A DNA stretch of 64,000 bases from Candidatus Poribacteria bacterium (GTDB taxonomy: Bacteria; Poribacteria; WGA-4E; WGA-3G), in assembly GCA_965205015.1 (NCBI GenBank), contig OZ242029.1, forward strand, positions 1,824,001-1,888,000, read 5' to 3'. The notes below the pieces were generated by a model. That model saw nothing but the letters and a program-made list of their open reading frames with translations. It was not told where the DNA came from and did not search any database. Shown one piece after another: positions 39,317 to 48,761 of this stretch. How positions within the stretch are numbered: the stretch's first letter is position 1; every line of letters begins with the position of its first letter. The translations under genes were made by a program, and so were the position numbers.

Positions 39317-42300
39317 ATGAATAGCGCAACAATTTTCACTGTGAGAAACGAAGACCTTAACCGGCTTGATCAGTACACATCGGTTGAATTCTTTCGACGG
39401 TTGCTTTGGGCGGAAGCACGTCGACTCGGTATAGAAATTAACAAGGTCAATGTGTCCCTCCAAGTAAATGTCAAAGATGGTGGTGTTGATGCGACCGTCA
39501 CAGATAATGACCTTGATGTAGTCGTTGTTAAAAACAGGACTTCAACAGTGAGTGGTCTGATTAAAGTAGGACATACTAGTTATCAGATCAAGTCGGGGAA
39601 GACGAAGCCTAATATCAAAACGGAACTTTTCAAGGATGAGGAAAACCTTAAGGAAGGTGTGCAAGCCTGCCTTGATGCTGATGGGACTTACGTCTTAGTT
39701 TGCACCGGTATAGACCTTGATGCTCGCCGGCACAAGGAACTCCTTTCTCAGATTAAGGGCTGCCTAGAGCCGTATAGTACGCAGCCCCCCAAAGTTGAAG
39801 TGTGGAGTCAGAACACCCTGATAGGTATGCTTGAGTCATTTCCATCGTTGGCGTTGTTGATTAATGGGTACAGTCATGCCGAATTTCAAACGCATCAGAG
39901 TTGGTCGAACAATGCGGATATGCAAGTTCCATTTATTGCTGCGGCAGCACAGAACGAATTAATTGAAAAGATCCAAGGTGGGTTGCGGGAAAAAGTGAAC
40001 GCGGTTCACGTGCGAGTGTTAGGTGAACCCGGCATCGGCAAGACAAAACTCGTTTTTGAAGCTACGAAGGCAGACGATTTAGCACCCCTTGTTATTTATT
40101 GTACGCCTGCTGAGTTTCGTGCTAGCGGTCTGAGACGTGAAATCCTCCGTGAGGATAGCCACTTTTCGGCTGTTTTGATAGTTGATGAGTGCGATCCAAG
40201 CAACCGGTATGATATCTGGAATGAGCTGCAGAATCAGGGGCCTCGGATTAAACTGATTAGCATCTATAACGATTACGATCAGGTTCCCGGTAGTGATATT
40301 TCTGAATTAGAAACGTTGCGGTTGGCGGACGATCAGGTTTCCACTATTATTCAAGGATATGGAATCTCCGAAGAACAAGCGGAACAGTACATAGAATTCT
40401 GTGACGGTTCTCCACGTATGGCACATCATACGGGTAAAGTTTTAGTGAGTCATCCAGGAGATCCATCGCAGCTCCTGAGCGATGATTATCTCTACAAGAA
40501 GTTCTATGATTTTGGAGATAGTCAAGAAGAGGTTCAACAGAGAGAATTAGTCCTGCAGTACATCGCGCTTTTTAAGCGATTTGGCTTTGGGGGGGCTGTT
40601 ATCGCTGATGCACAAGCAATTGCCGAGAAGGTGCGAGAGGCAAACCCATTAGTTACCTGGAGCAAATTTCAGAAAATTGTCAATGACCTCAAGAAACGCA
40701 AGATTCTTCAAGGTCAGTCTACGCTCTACATTACACCGAAAGCACTCCATATCAAGTTATGGGTAGAATGGTGGTGGATTTACGGGGCCTCGTTTGATCT
40801 TGAAACCTTCACACAAGGTTTACCGTCTAAATCTAAATTGATTACGTGGTTCCATGAAATGTTTCAATACGCCGCTGAATCAGAGCCCGCATCAAGAGTA
40901 GTCAAGAAACTTCTCGGCCCGAATGGCCCCTTTCAGGATGGTGAATATCTGAATACAAGGCTGGGTAGCCGTTTTTTTCTCGCATTAACTGAAGCGGAGC
41001 CGAAGGCAGCCCTAAAATGCCTGATGTGCACGATAGGGACATGGGATAAGGATGCCCTTTTGAAATTCACAGATGGGCGAAGGGATGTAGTATGGGCACT
41101 TGAAAAGATTGCTATGCAACGCGATCTGTTTGTTGATGCTGCGCGTTTGCTCCTTGCCCTCGGCGAAGCGGAAAATGAAGGTTGGTCGAACAATGCCAGT
41201 GGTGTATTTGCTAGGCTCTTTTCACACGGACGTGGGAGAGTCGCACCGACCGAAGCCTCCCCGGCAGAACGCTTGCCTGTTTTGAAAGAGGCATTTGAAT
41301 CAGGATCAAGAGAACAACACCTCCTTGCATTGAAGGCTTGCAATGAAGGTCTAGAGTTTGACCGTTTCTCGCGGGTGCCCGGTGCAGAGTATCGTGGATT
41401 ACATAAGAATGCTGACTTTTGGGATCCGAAAACGTACGGTGAACTTTTTGATGCTTACCGTCAGATATGGCAGCTTCTATCTGAGCAGTTAGAAAGTTTG
41501 TCAGAAGATGAACAGGTAGAAGCAGTTACTATTTTACTGCAACGCGCTTCCAGGATTGCGAGAAGGCCCAACCTAAGCAATATGGTCGCTGATACAATAC
41601 AGATACTCTCAGAAAAAACTTACGTTGATAATAAATGGCTTATCAAAACTGTTGTTGAGTTTCTTCGTCATAATGGCAAGGATCTGCCCGACGGCATAAG
41701 ACACCGCTGGGAACAACTTAGGGATGAATTGGTTGGCTCCGATTTTCATGCCATGATGCAACGGTATGTTGGAATGAATTTGCTTGAGGATGCCTTTGAC
41801 GAGAACGAAAATTATCTTGATCAAGGCCATCCACAGATTCATGCCCTCGCTCAGCAATCCGTTGAAAATCCACGCCTTTTGCAATCAGAGTTACCGTGGC
41901 TCGTCACAACCGAAGCACACAATGGATACGCGTTTGGGAATCAACTCGGGAAAAGAGACGATGGTTTTGTTATTCTACCAACCCTTCTTGAGGCACAACG
42001 AAACGCGGAGGATAATGCAAGTGTGTATTTCCTTGGTGGCTATTTCCGAGCACTTTTTGAAGGCAACATAGCAGAATGGGAGAAACAACTTGATGTGTTG
42101 GTTGAAGATACCACGCTAAATGTGCTAATTCCAGAAATTACACACCTTTCTGGAATGACAAAGCCGGCGGGGTTGCGTCTTCTCAAACTTGCCAAAGATG
42201 GGGTTATGGACATCAAATTCTTCGCCTCTTTCTTTCGCAAGCATGTGATAGACAACTTATCGGATGAAGTCTTCGCTGAGTGGATCGAGTTTCTTCTCAA

Positions 42301-43132
42301 TTCTTCAGACGATTTAGCTGTACCAATTGCACTCAAGTTGTATTATTTCTACTATGTTTACGACAAGCAAGGGTTGGTTTTACCGCGTGATCTGACGTTC
42401 CAACTGATCATCCGTTCCCCCTTATTTGAAAACGTGCCAGTATTATATCAACATTTCCAACAGGGAAATTCAATGACAGATAGTTATTGGGTAGAGATCA
42501 CAAAAGCGTTCCTAGATCTCTACCCAGAAAAGGGTTTGGAATTTATTGAGCGGGTACTCCCTCATTTTGGGAAGGGAGGTACCATTTTTGGGGCATTCAA
42601 CACGGAAACAGTTTCTGTGATAACTGAATTGACAAAACGGTATCCAGACCAAGTGTGGAAGCACGTTAGCAAACGCCTGGAAGAACGTGATTTTTTCTTA
42701 GAAAGTTGGCTTAAAGAGGGAGATCCCGAAGAGTCTTTCTCAACGGCGGATGAAAAGGGAGCGTTAACCTTCATTCCGCGTGAAAAAATTTGGGAGTGGA
42801 TTGATGGAGATGTAGAAGATCGGGCATGGTATTTTGCCTACAGACTCGTCTCTAAAACCCTCTCGGTAGAGGAATGGCACAATTCTTTGGTGCGTGCTTT
42901 CCTTATTCGATACGGTGGACGTGAAGATGTCCGCAGAAATCTATGTGCGAACTATTCGACAGAGGGATGGACTGGTGAGCGAAGTTTGCACCTTGAGAAG
43001 AAAAAAGAAAAACTACTTCGCATTAAGGAAAGCGAAGAGAACACGAACGTCAAACGTTGGCTTGATGAATATATAGAGCAATTAGAAGAGGGCATTGAGC
43101 AGGCAAGGGTTGAGGAGGAGAGAAAATTTTAG
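39317..43132 (+). CDS. STAND NTPase with N-terminal restriction-endonuclease-like domain (Avs/AVAST-like defence protein)
   Basis: DGGVDA...YQIKSG nuclease-like motif; Walker A GEPGIGKT; Walker B VLIVDEC; long helical C-terminus; adjacent to the R-M gene. Confidence 0.7.
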   Translation: MNSATIFTVRNEDLNRLDQYTSVEFFRRLLWAEARRLGIEINKVNVSLQVNVKDGGVDATVTDNDLDVVVVKNRTSTVSGLIKVGHTSYQIKSGKTKPNIKTELFKDEENLKEGVQACLDADGTYVLVCTGIDLDARRHKELLSQIKGCLEPYSTQPPKVEVWSQNTLIGMLESFPSLALLINGYSHAEFQTHQSWSNNADMQVPFIAAAAQNELIEKIQGGLREKVNAVHVRVLGEPGIGKTKLVFEATKADDLAPLVIYCTPAEFRASGLRREILREDSHFSAVLIVDECDPSNRYDIWNELQNQGPRIKLISIYNDYDQVPGSDISELETLRLADDQVSTIIQGYGISEEQAEQYIEFCDGSPRMAHHTGKVLVSHPGDPSQLLSDDYLYKKFYDFGDSQEEVQQRELVLQYIALFKRFGFGGAVIADAQAIAEKVREANPLVTWSKFQKIVNDLKKRKILQGQSTLYITPKALHIKLWVEWWWIYGASFDLETFTQGLPSKSKLITWFHEMFQYAAESEPASRVVKKLLGPNGPFQDGEYLNTRLGSRFFLALTEAEPKAALKCLMCTIGTWDKDALLKFTDGRRDVVWALEKIAMQRDLFVDAARLLLALGEAENEGWSNNASGVFARLFSHGRGRVAPTEASPAERLPVLKEAFESGSREQHLLALKACNEGLEFDRFSRVPGAEYRGLHKNADFWDPKTYGELFDAYRQIWQLLSEQLESLSEDEQVEAVTILLQRASRIARRPNLSNMVADTIQILSEKTYVDNKWLIKTVVEFLRHNGKDLPDGIRHRWEQLRDELVGSDFHAMMQRYVGMNLLEDAFDENENYLDQGHPQIHALAQQSVENPRLLQSELPWLVTTEAHNGYAFGNQLGKRDDGFVILPTLLEAQRNAEDNASVYFLGGYFRALFEGNIAEWEKQLDVLVEDTTLNVLIPEITHLSGMTKPAGLRLLKLAKDGVMDIKFFASFFRKHVIDNLSDEVFAEWIEFLLNSSDDLAVPIALKLYYFYYVYDKQGLVLPRDLTFQLIIRSPLFENVPVLYQHFQQGNSMTDSYWVEITKAFLDLYPEKGLEFIERVLPHFGKGGTIFGAFNTETVSVITELTKRYPDQVWKHVSKRLEERDFFLESWLKEGDPEESFSTADEKGALTFIPREKIWEWIDGDVEDRAWYFAYRLVSKTLSVEEWHNSLVRAFLIRYGGREDVRRNLCANYSTEGWTGERSLHLEKKKEKLLRIKESEENTNVKRWLDEYIEQLEEGIEQARVEEERKF

Positions 43133-43165
43133 GAGCGATCTTTCCTCACTATGCTATCTCGTAGG

Positions 43166-43189
43166 GCACAAGCTAACAGTTTGTGCTAC
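43166..43189. repeat. GTAG-type REP (same family as 30366-30390)
   Basis: GCACAAGCTAACAGTTTGTGCTAC between convergent genes. Confidence 0.65.
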
Positions 43190-43200
43190 AAAAAATTGCT

Positions 43201-43911
43201 TCAGTCTAATGTCTCCCCAACCGCTAACGAAACAATTTCTACATTCTGGGATGCTGTCAATTGTCGGAGTTCTTCGGGCGTTCCTGTCAAGAGTGGGAAA
43301 GTGCCGTAATGGATGGGCAGAATCGCTGGCACATTGAGCAATTGTGCGGCATAGGCGGCTTCACGCGGTCCCATCGTGAAATGGTCACCGATAGGGAGCA
43401 GTGCCAGATCAGGTTGGTAAATCTCGCCGATAATTCGCATGTCTCCGAAGACATTGGTATCCCCAGCGTGGTAGATTTTATAGCCATTCGTAAATTCAAT
43501 AACATAACCCGCGGGTTCACCGAGATAAACTGTGGTACCGTCTTCCTCTGTGAAACTGCTACTATGGTTTGCTGAGACCATCGTTGCCTTTATACCCCCA
43601 ACAGTAACAGTGCCACCTTTGTTCATACCGATCGTGTTCTCGACCCCCTGATTACCGAGCCATCCTGCAATTTCAACGATAGACACAACTGTTGATCCAT
43701 GTTTTTTCGCCAGTGGCACTGCATCGCTAATGTGATCCGCGTGTCCGTGCGTGATGAGGATAGCATCAAGGCGATCAAAAGTCTTGAGCGCATGGGGACA
43801 TACTGGGTTGTTGGTTACCCATGGATCTATAAGAAGTGTTTGTCCATCTGTTTCGATTTTAAAGGTGGAGTGTCCAAGCCATGTCAGGCGTATACCGTTG
43901 TCAAGTTTCAT
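43201..43911 (-). CDS. Metallo-beta-lactamase-fold hydrolase (UPF0173)
   Basis: LTWLGHS; THGHADH; YHAGDT; LPIGDHFTMGP; PIHYGTFP. Start ATG 43911. Confidence 0.9.
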   Translation of the reverse strand: MKLDNGIRLTWLGHSTFKIETDGQTLLIDPWVTNNPVCPHALKTFDRLDAILITHGHADHISDAVPLAKKHGSTVVSIVEIAGWLGNQGVENTIGMNKGGTVTVGGIKATMVSANHSSSFTEEDGTTVYLGEPAGYVIEFTNGYKIYHAGDTNVFGDMRIIGEIYQPDLALLPIGDHFTMGPREAAYAAQLLNVPAILPIHYGTFPLLTGTPEELRQLTASQNVEIVSLAVGETLD

Positions 43912-44060
43912 TGGATCTGTTCCTTTATTTTTACTCGTAGAACGAGATAAATTCATTGGCAAATATTCATCTCTTACCATGGTTCTTTACGCTGTAAGAC
44001 TTTTTGAATACTGAGGTTGTACCATGCTATGTCCTAAATATCGAATGCTTTTGTCCTACT

Positions 44061-44627
44061 TTAAATCATACCCCTAAGATCGGTTATAATCATTGACTCC
44101 CCATTTTCTTCCGTAATCTCCCAATATTTTTTTTGAAGCGGAATAACCTTTCCTGCGTCCGCTGTATATCCCCAAATTTCCTTTTCAATAATGACAAGTC
44201 TTTCAATGTTCGATTGTGCTAATTTCTCAAAATCAATTGTCTTCACCTTAGGATTCATATGATGAATGTCATTCCGGTAGCTGCGATAGATAGCTAAGGA
44301 GGCATTAGCACAATTTTCTGTGATAATATTTTGTTTCTTAAGTTCTGATATAAGTTGTTCCTTATTTTCAAAATTTGCCGTGTTGATATTGTTTTCAACA
44401 GCAACAAACTTTAGAATCCCTTCGTTTACTGCCTGGACCATCATGACGGTTGCAATAAAATGCCCTGCGAAATAGCATTCTAGACATTCTGTTGATGCTG
44501 CCGAAAAATATGTGTGGCCAATAAGGGTGTGATGTTCCAAATCAATACGGCGCTTTATTCTCTCGTCAAAAGTGGAGTTATCTTGTTTTTTTAAGAAGTC
44601 ACGTAACATTGATTCAGGTATAGACAT
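44061..44627 (-). CDS. Hypothetical protein, possible HEPN/DUF4145-like domain
   Basis: ECYFAGHFIATVMM...E helix and RNDIHH (Rx4H); AT-rich gene; RBS GAGGA. Confidence 0.55.
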   Translation of the reverse strand: MSIPESMLRDFLKKQDNSTFDERIKRRIDLEHHTLIGHTYFSAASTECLECYFAGHFIATVMMVQAVNEGILKFVAVENNINTANFENKEQLISELKKQNIITENCANASLAIYRSYRNDIHHMNPKVKTIDFEKLAQSNIERLVIIEKEIWGYTADAGKVIPLQKKYWEITEENGESMIITDLRGMI

Positions 44628-44630
44628 GTG

Positions 44631-45752
44631 TTATTTCCTCTTGTTTAAAATTTGTCGTAGACTCTGGGCGATGATTTCTACCTCTCCGGGCATTAGCGTT
44701 TGTCCATTGATAATAATACCGTTTTCTCCTGCGCTTGGAAGGTCAATCGAGGGCTCACCGTCTGCGAGTTGCTGAAGGATTTCGTTCCGTGTGATACCGA
44801 GGTGTTCTGCATCAAATCGGATTTCAGTGCGGGGCATCGGTTGTCCGGCTTCGGAAGGGAAGATACGATGGACGGTAACGCCTTGGATATCCGAGAACGC
44901 TTCGTCGTAGTAGGTAACCTGATCCTCGTAGGATTGCTGTAATTTGTCGTGGTCTTGATCCAGATACCATTCAACAGCGGTAAGGAGTCCTACCAACTCT
45001 TCTTTCCCCACCTTCATTCCCCTGCCGATGAAAGGATGTGGGGGTCCGTTGAAAGCGATAGCCTCAATCAACGATTTTTTTCCCACAATTAACCCACTAC
45101 TCTGCGGTCCGTGCAACCCTTTCCCGCCGCTAAAGAGTGCCAAATCAGCACCCATCTGCGTGAAACGCCATAAGTTTTCAGGGGGTGGTAATTGTGCTGC
45201 GGCATCAACGATGAGGGGAATATTATGCCTTTTCGCAATCGAGATGGCTTCCTCATAAGGCACCCAGAGGTGTTCTCTACTGGGGTTTGCGAAGTAGAAG
45301 ATCGCAGCGGTCTTTTCCGTAATGGCGTTCTCTAACGCATCGGGGGTTGTTCCCTTTTCATCACCTATCTCTACGAAAGTGACACCAACCTGCCGAACGG
45401 CGTAATCGTATCCGACCCGACCGTGACGATGCACAATGACTTCACTTTTCATTGAGGGATCAAGGTGCGGCAATTTTTCGCGTTTATCTGAGTCAAGTCC
45501 GGTGATACACGCCGCAGTGCTGAGGGTCAAAGCAGCGGCAGCACCGCAGGAGACATACGCCGCTTCGTTGTGGGTGAGTTTCGCAATCTCTTCCCCGACC
45601 CGTTTTTGGAGTTCAATGATGTCTACAAAATGCTTGGCAGCGTCCGCCATCGCCGCTATGACCTCGGGGGGCATGATCGAACCACCGAGCCGTGTGAGCG
45701 TCGCATTACCGTTGATGACTGTGCGAATACCTAAGCGTTTGTAAATGCTCAT
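44631..45752 (-). CDS. SelA-like/DgaE-family PLP-dependent enzyme
   Basis: VINGNATLTRLGGS; VDAAAQLPP; FSGGKGLHGPQSSG (PLP lysine); IGRGMKVGKEE. Confidence 0.85.
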   Translation of the reverse strand: MSIYKRLGIRTVINGNATLTRLGGSIMPPEVIAAMADAAKHFVDIIELQKRVGEEIAKLTHNEAAYVSCGAAAALTLSTAACITGLDSDKREKLPHLDPSMKSEVIVHRHGRVGYDYAVRQVGVTFVEIGDEKGTTPDALENAITEKTAAIFYFANPSREHLWVPYEEAISIAKRHNIPLIVDAAAQLPPPENLWRFTQMGADLALFSGGKGLHGPQSSGLIVGKKSLIEAIAFNGPPHPFIGRGMKVGKEELVGLLTAVEWYLDQDHDKLQQSYEDQVTYYDEAFSDIQGVTVHRIFPSEAGQPMPRTEIRFDAEHLGITRNEILQQLADGEPSIDLPSAGENGIIINGQTLMPGEVEIIAQSLRQILNKRK

Positions 45753-45757
45753 TTGAA

Positions 45758-45860
45758 TGGTTATCGGAAACTATCAGTTTTCAGCAAAAGGATCTTGCGG
45801 CAGTTATGCAACTTTTATATGCTACACACTGGCTGCCGACTGCCGACTGCTGATAACTAT
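45758..45860. repeat. Heptamer inverted-repeat intergenic element
   Basis: ggttatcgg/atcagttttcag left arm; ctgccga-ctgccga-ctgctga-taact right arm. Confidence 0.55.
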
Positions 45861-46673
45861 CTATCCAACCTCTTCACCATCTAATTTGCCGACGTGGAGA
45901 TCGATCTCATCGCGCGACTCAATCTTGTCGACCTTACCGTCTGCCATGTGGAAAATACGGTCAGAGACATCTAACATCTTGTGATCGTGTGTTGCGGTGA
46001 TGATGGTTACGCCGTTTTCAGCATTGAGTCGACGGAGGAGGGCGATGATTTCGAGTCCGGTTTTGGTGTCCAAGTTTCCAGTCGGTTCATCGGCGAGAAC
46101 GATTGCGGGATCGTTTGCGAGCGAGCGTGCAATCGCAACACGCTGTTGTTGTCCACCGGAGAGTTCTAACGGCTTGTGTTGCACGCGGTCACCGAGTCCG
46201 ACGAGTGTAAGGAGGTCAACGCCTTTCTCTCTGCTTTCGTCGGCACTCATACCCGCGAAGATCATCGGAAGTGAAACGTTTTCGAGTGCCGTCATAACTG
46301 GGATGAGATTGAACGATTGAAAGATATAGCCGATCTTCCGGCAGCGAAGCCATGCGAGTTCATACGCGTCAAGTTGTGCGATGTCCACCTCATCAATGTA
46401 GACTCTGCCCTCGGTCGGTTTGTCTAAACCACCAATCATGTTGAAAAGTGTCGATTTCCCTGAACCGGAGGGACCCATAATAGAGATGTACTCGCCGCGC
46501 TGGATTTGGAAATTGACGCCACGGAGGGCATCGACGGTCTGTGTTCCCATCTCATATCGCTTGATAAGGTTCCGGACGCGAACCGTATTTTCCTTAGGGA
46601 GAACGCGTTGAAACTTTTCCGGAGTTTCGGAGAGAATGGCATTAACATCGCCGATTTCTGTTGGTATATTCAT
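45861..46673 (-). CDS. ABC transporter ATP-binding protein (LolD/MacB type)
   Basis: GPSGSGKST; LSGGQQQRVAIAR; LADEPTGNLD; ATHD. Confidence 0.94.
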   Translation of the reverse strand: MNIPTEIGDVNAILSETPEKFQRVLPKENTVRVRNLIKRYEMGTQTVDALRGVNFQIQRGEYISIMGPSGSGKSTLFNMIGGLDKPTEGRVYIDEVDIAQLDAYELAWLRCRKIGYIFQSFNLIPVMTALENVSLPMIFAGMSADESREKGVDLLTLVGLGDRVQHKPLELSGGQQQRVAIARSLANDPAIVLADEPTGNLDTKTGLEIIALLRRLNAENGVTIITATHDHKMLDVSDRIFHMADGKVDKIESRDEIDLHVGKLDGEEVG

Positions 46674-46788
46674 TTTTTTCTCCTTTAGTGGTTATTGGCA
46701 GTCGGCTATCGAAAACCATCAGCCAGAGGGACTTGTGGTAGGGGAGAGCGTTTGCAGCTGCGCTGACCACTAATCGTCATTGCGTTAC

Positions 46789-47256
46789 TTACCGTCTCTG
46801 TAGGAATCCAAAAATACCCTGTTTTTCAGGTTCGGGTTCGGGCGTTACGGGAGCGTTCTGTTGAGGGTTCGGAATGGCGAACCCGATGAAATTCCGTTTG
46901 CCAAGCTGCTGCATAAATGTAAACAGGGACGTTTCCGCTTCTTTCCGGGTCAACTGGTACTGGTTTTGGACCCCCTTTATAATCTGTGAGATGGTATGCT
47001 TACCGTCGCACATCTGCCACACATAAGTTCCGATGGAATCTAATACGATAACCCTTTTATTGGGGAGCATAAAAAGTTTACTGGCGAGTCGGATCCAGAG
47101 TTTGTCTTTCTGGGGAACAACGAGTGAGGCTTCGCCTTTGTCGTCTAGCTCCCAATTTATCAACTGGTTCCGAACAGGAAACGACTTCATGATCCGAGTC
47201 CGATCCATATCCGGACGTTTCTTAAGTTTGAGAGCGTATAAAATTCTGTTTAGCAT
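46789..47256 (-). CDS. PqqD-family (RiPP recognition element-like) protein
   Basis: LDSIGTYVWQMCDGKHTISQII...FMQQLGKRNFI winged-helix signature. Start ATG 47256. Confidence 0.8.
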   Translation of the reverse strand: MLNRILYALKLKKRPDMDRTRIMKSFPVRNQLINWELDDKGEASLVVPQKDKLWIRLASKLFMLPNKRVIVLDSIGTYVWQMCDGKHTISQIIKGVQNQYQLTRKEAETSLFTFMQQLGKRNFIGFAIPNPQQNAPVTPEPEPEKQGIFGFLQRR

Positions 47257-47338
47257 AATGGTTGTCAGTGCGGATTTTTTTTCGCAAGAAAAACCCGGTG
47301 AATGCCACACGGCATTCATACCGTTGATTCACCGAAAA

Positions 47339-48436
47339 CTATCCGTGGTATTGAATACTTTCAGCAACTTTTTGCACGGTCGAACGCGCATCGGTACTGC
47401 CGATCGACTGGATAACATAGATACGATTAGACTGATTGCATCGCCATAGATGGAACACAAGGGCTGTTCTCTTGGATAACTTATCAAGCATCAGCACGGG
47501 ACTGAATGGCACACCATCATAGAGCCGTGTTTGTTCCCCAATGAGTGTCAAACGCTCATTATCTGAATCTGTCTCGGATGTTACTTCAAACCCGTAGCCA
47601 CGAATCGCTTTTGCGTATTTGGTACGAAACCATGCCTCTAATGGGTTTGGGGCATCTTTATAGTCGCTCAGCATCACTTCTGCGGGTCCGTATCGCTCCA
47701 CACTCAGTCGTCCTTTGTCGGGGGGTAGGGGGTTTTTGCTTGGGGTTTTTGCTTGGGTATTTTCTGCGGATTTCCCCAAGGTTATCTCACCCCTACCATC
47801 TTCTACAGAACCATTATTCTTTAGACGATTGCTTGCCAGTTTCGCCAGCCGTACTGCACTCTGAAAGGGAACAGGCTTGGCAACGAAGGCAAACAACAGG
47901 TAGCCGCTGAGCAGTTTCTGACGTTCCAACTTGTATTCTTTTGGAACCCCTAACTTAAGCCCGTAGGCACTCCACAATGTCAATGGGGCATCCCCGCGGT
48001 CTGTAATTGATTCAAAAATCCGAAGAACTGTAGGTCGCCAATTCTCCTTGAGCCGTCCCATCACCTGCACGATCGTAATTCGCTTCCCAGTGTGAAAAAT
48101 CAGCCCATTCGCACGAATGCTCCCTTTCCAACTAAAACCGAGAACCGTCCGTCCCTTAAAGAATTCCTCTTCTTTGATGAGATTAACGTTCCGACGAAAG
48201 GAGAGCTCGGTGCCTTTCTTATACGTCTTGCGAATCAGCTTGAAATATTCGTCAAGCGTTGCGTGGAGATCCGGCTTTTTGCGTCGGGTATGCGCCCATT
48301 TGAGTTCAAGGCGAGGCATCTCTGGATCGTCAAGCCGGAGATATCCTGTTTTCTGATCTCCGCTGAGTCCACTCAGTTCCCACGTCGTGGGGATTTCCAG
48401 TTCTATGCCTGCCCACCCAAAAACAGTCCATTCCAT
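47339..48436 (-). CDS. Hypothetical protein, possibly tandem PsbP/DcrB-like domains
   Basis: 365-aa ORF within the operon; internal repeat FGWAGIELEIPTTWEL / WSAYGLKLGVPKEYKL. Confidence 0.65.
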   Translation of the reverse strand: MEWTVFGWAGIELEIPTTWELSGLSGDQKTGYLRLDDPEMPRLELKWAHTRRKKPDLHATLDEYFKLIRKTYKKGTELSFRRNVNLIKEEEFFKGRTVLGFSWKGSIRANGLIFHTGKRITIVQVMGRLKENWRPTVLRIFESITDRGDAPLTLWSAYGLKLGVPKEYKLERQKLLSGYLLFAFVAKPVPFQSAVRLAKLASNRLKNNGSVEDGRGEITLGKSAENTQAKTPSKNPLPPDKGRLSVERYGPAEVMLSDYKDAPNPLEAWFRTKYAKAIRGYGFEVTSETDSDNERLTLIGEQTRLYDGVPFSPVLMLDKLSKRTALVFHLWRCNQSNRIYVIQSIGSTDARSTVQKVAESIQYHG

Positions 48437-48443
48437 TTTTTTA

Positions 48444-48761
48444 TAGTTGTCAGTTATCAGTTGTCAGTTATCAGTTAAGAGAAGGTCCTGTTAAACGAAA
48501 ACTAATGGCTATTCCTAAGTTCTGAGTTTTTTCAGCAAGGCGGTTAACATTTTCTTCACATTGATATTCAAATGAATGATTATCGGTTTTAATAGTTGTT
48601 GGTTCGGTTTTTTCTTGCGAAAAAACCTTTTAGTTGTCAACTGTCAATCCAGAGGGTATCTTGTAACAATCTTCCCGGGTGTTGGAATATTCCAAGTTTT
48701 CGGTGAATTGTTACCCAACACCTCTTGTAACTGACAACTGACAACTGATAACTGACAACTA
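48444..48761. mobile_element. MITE-like element with 34-bp heptamer-built terminal inverted repeats
   Basis: 48444-48477 TAGTTGTCAGTTATCAGTTGTCAGTTATCAGTTA matches the reverse complement of 48728-48761 with one mismatch; no ORF of 60 aa or more inside. Confidence 0.65.

Noticed and set aside
44631-45752. Selenocysteine synthase selA
   Set aside because: Shorter than true SelA and matches the DgaE-like subfamily; no selB, selC or selD in the window.
46789-47256. PQQ or classical RiPP biosynthetic cluster
   Set aside because: No pqqABCE, radical SAM, YcaO, lasso cyclase or recognisable precursor peptide near the PqqD-like gene.
48444-48761. Possible CRISPR array
   Set aside because: The repeats are tandem 7-mers in inverted arms with no unique spacers of constant length, and there are no cas genes.
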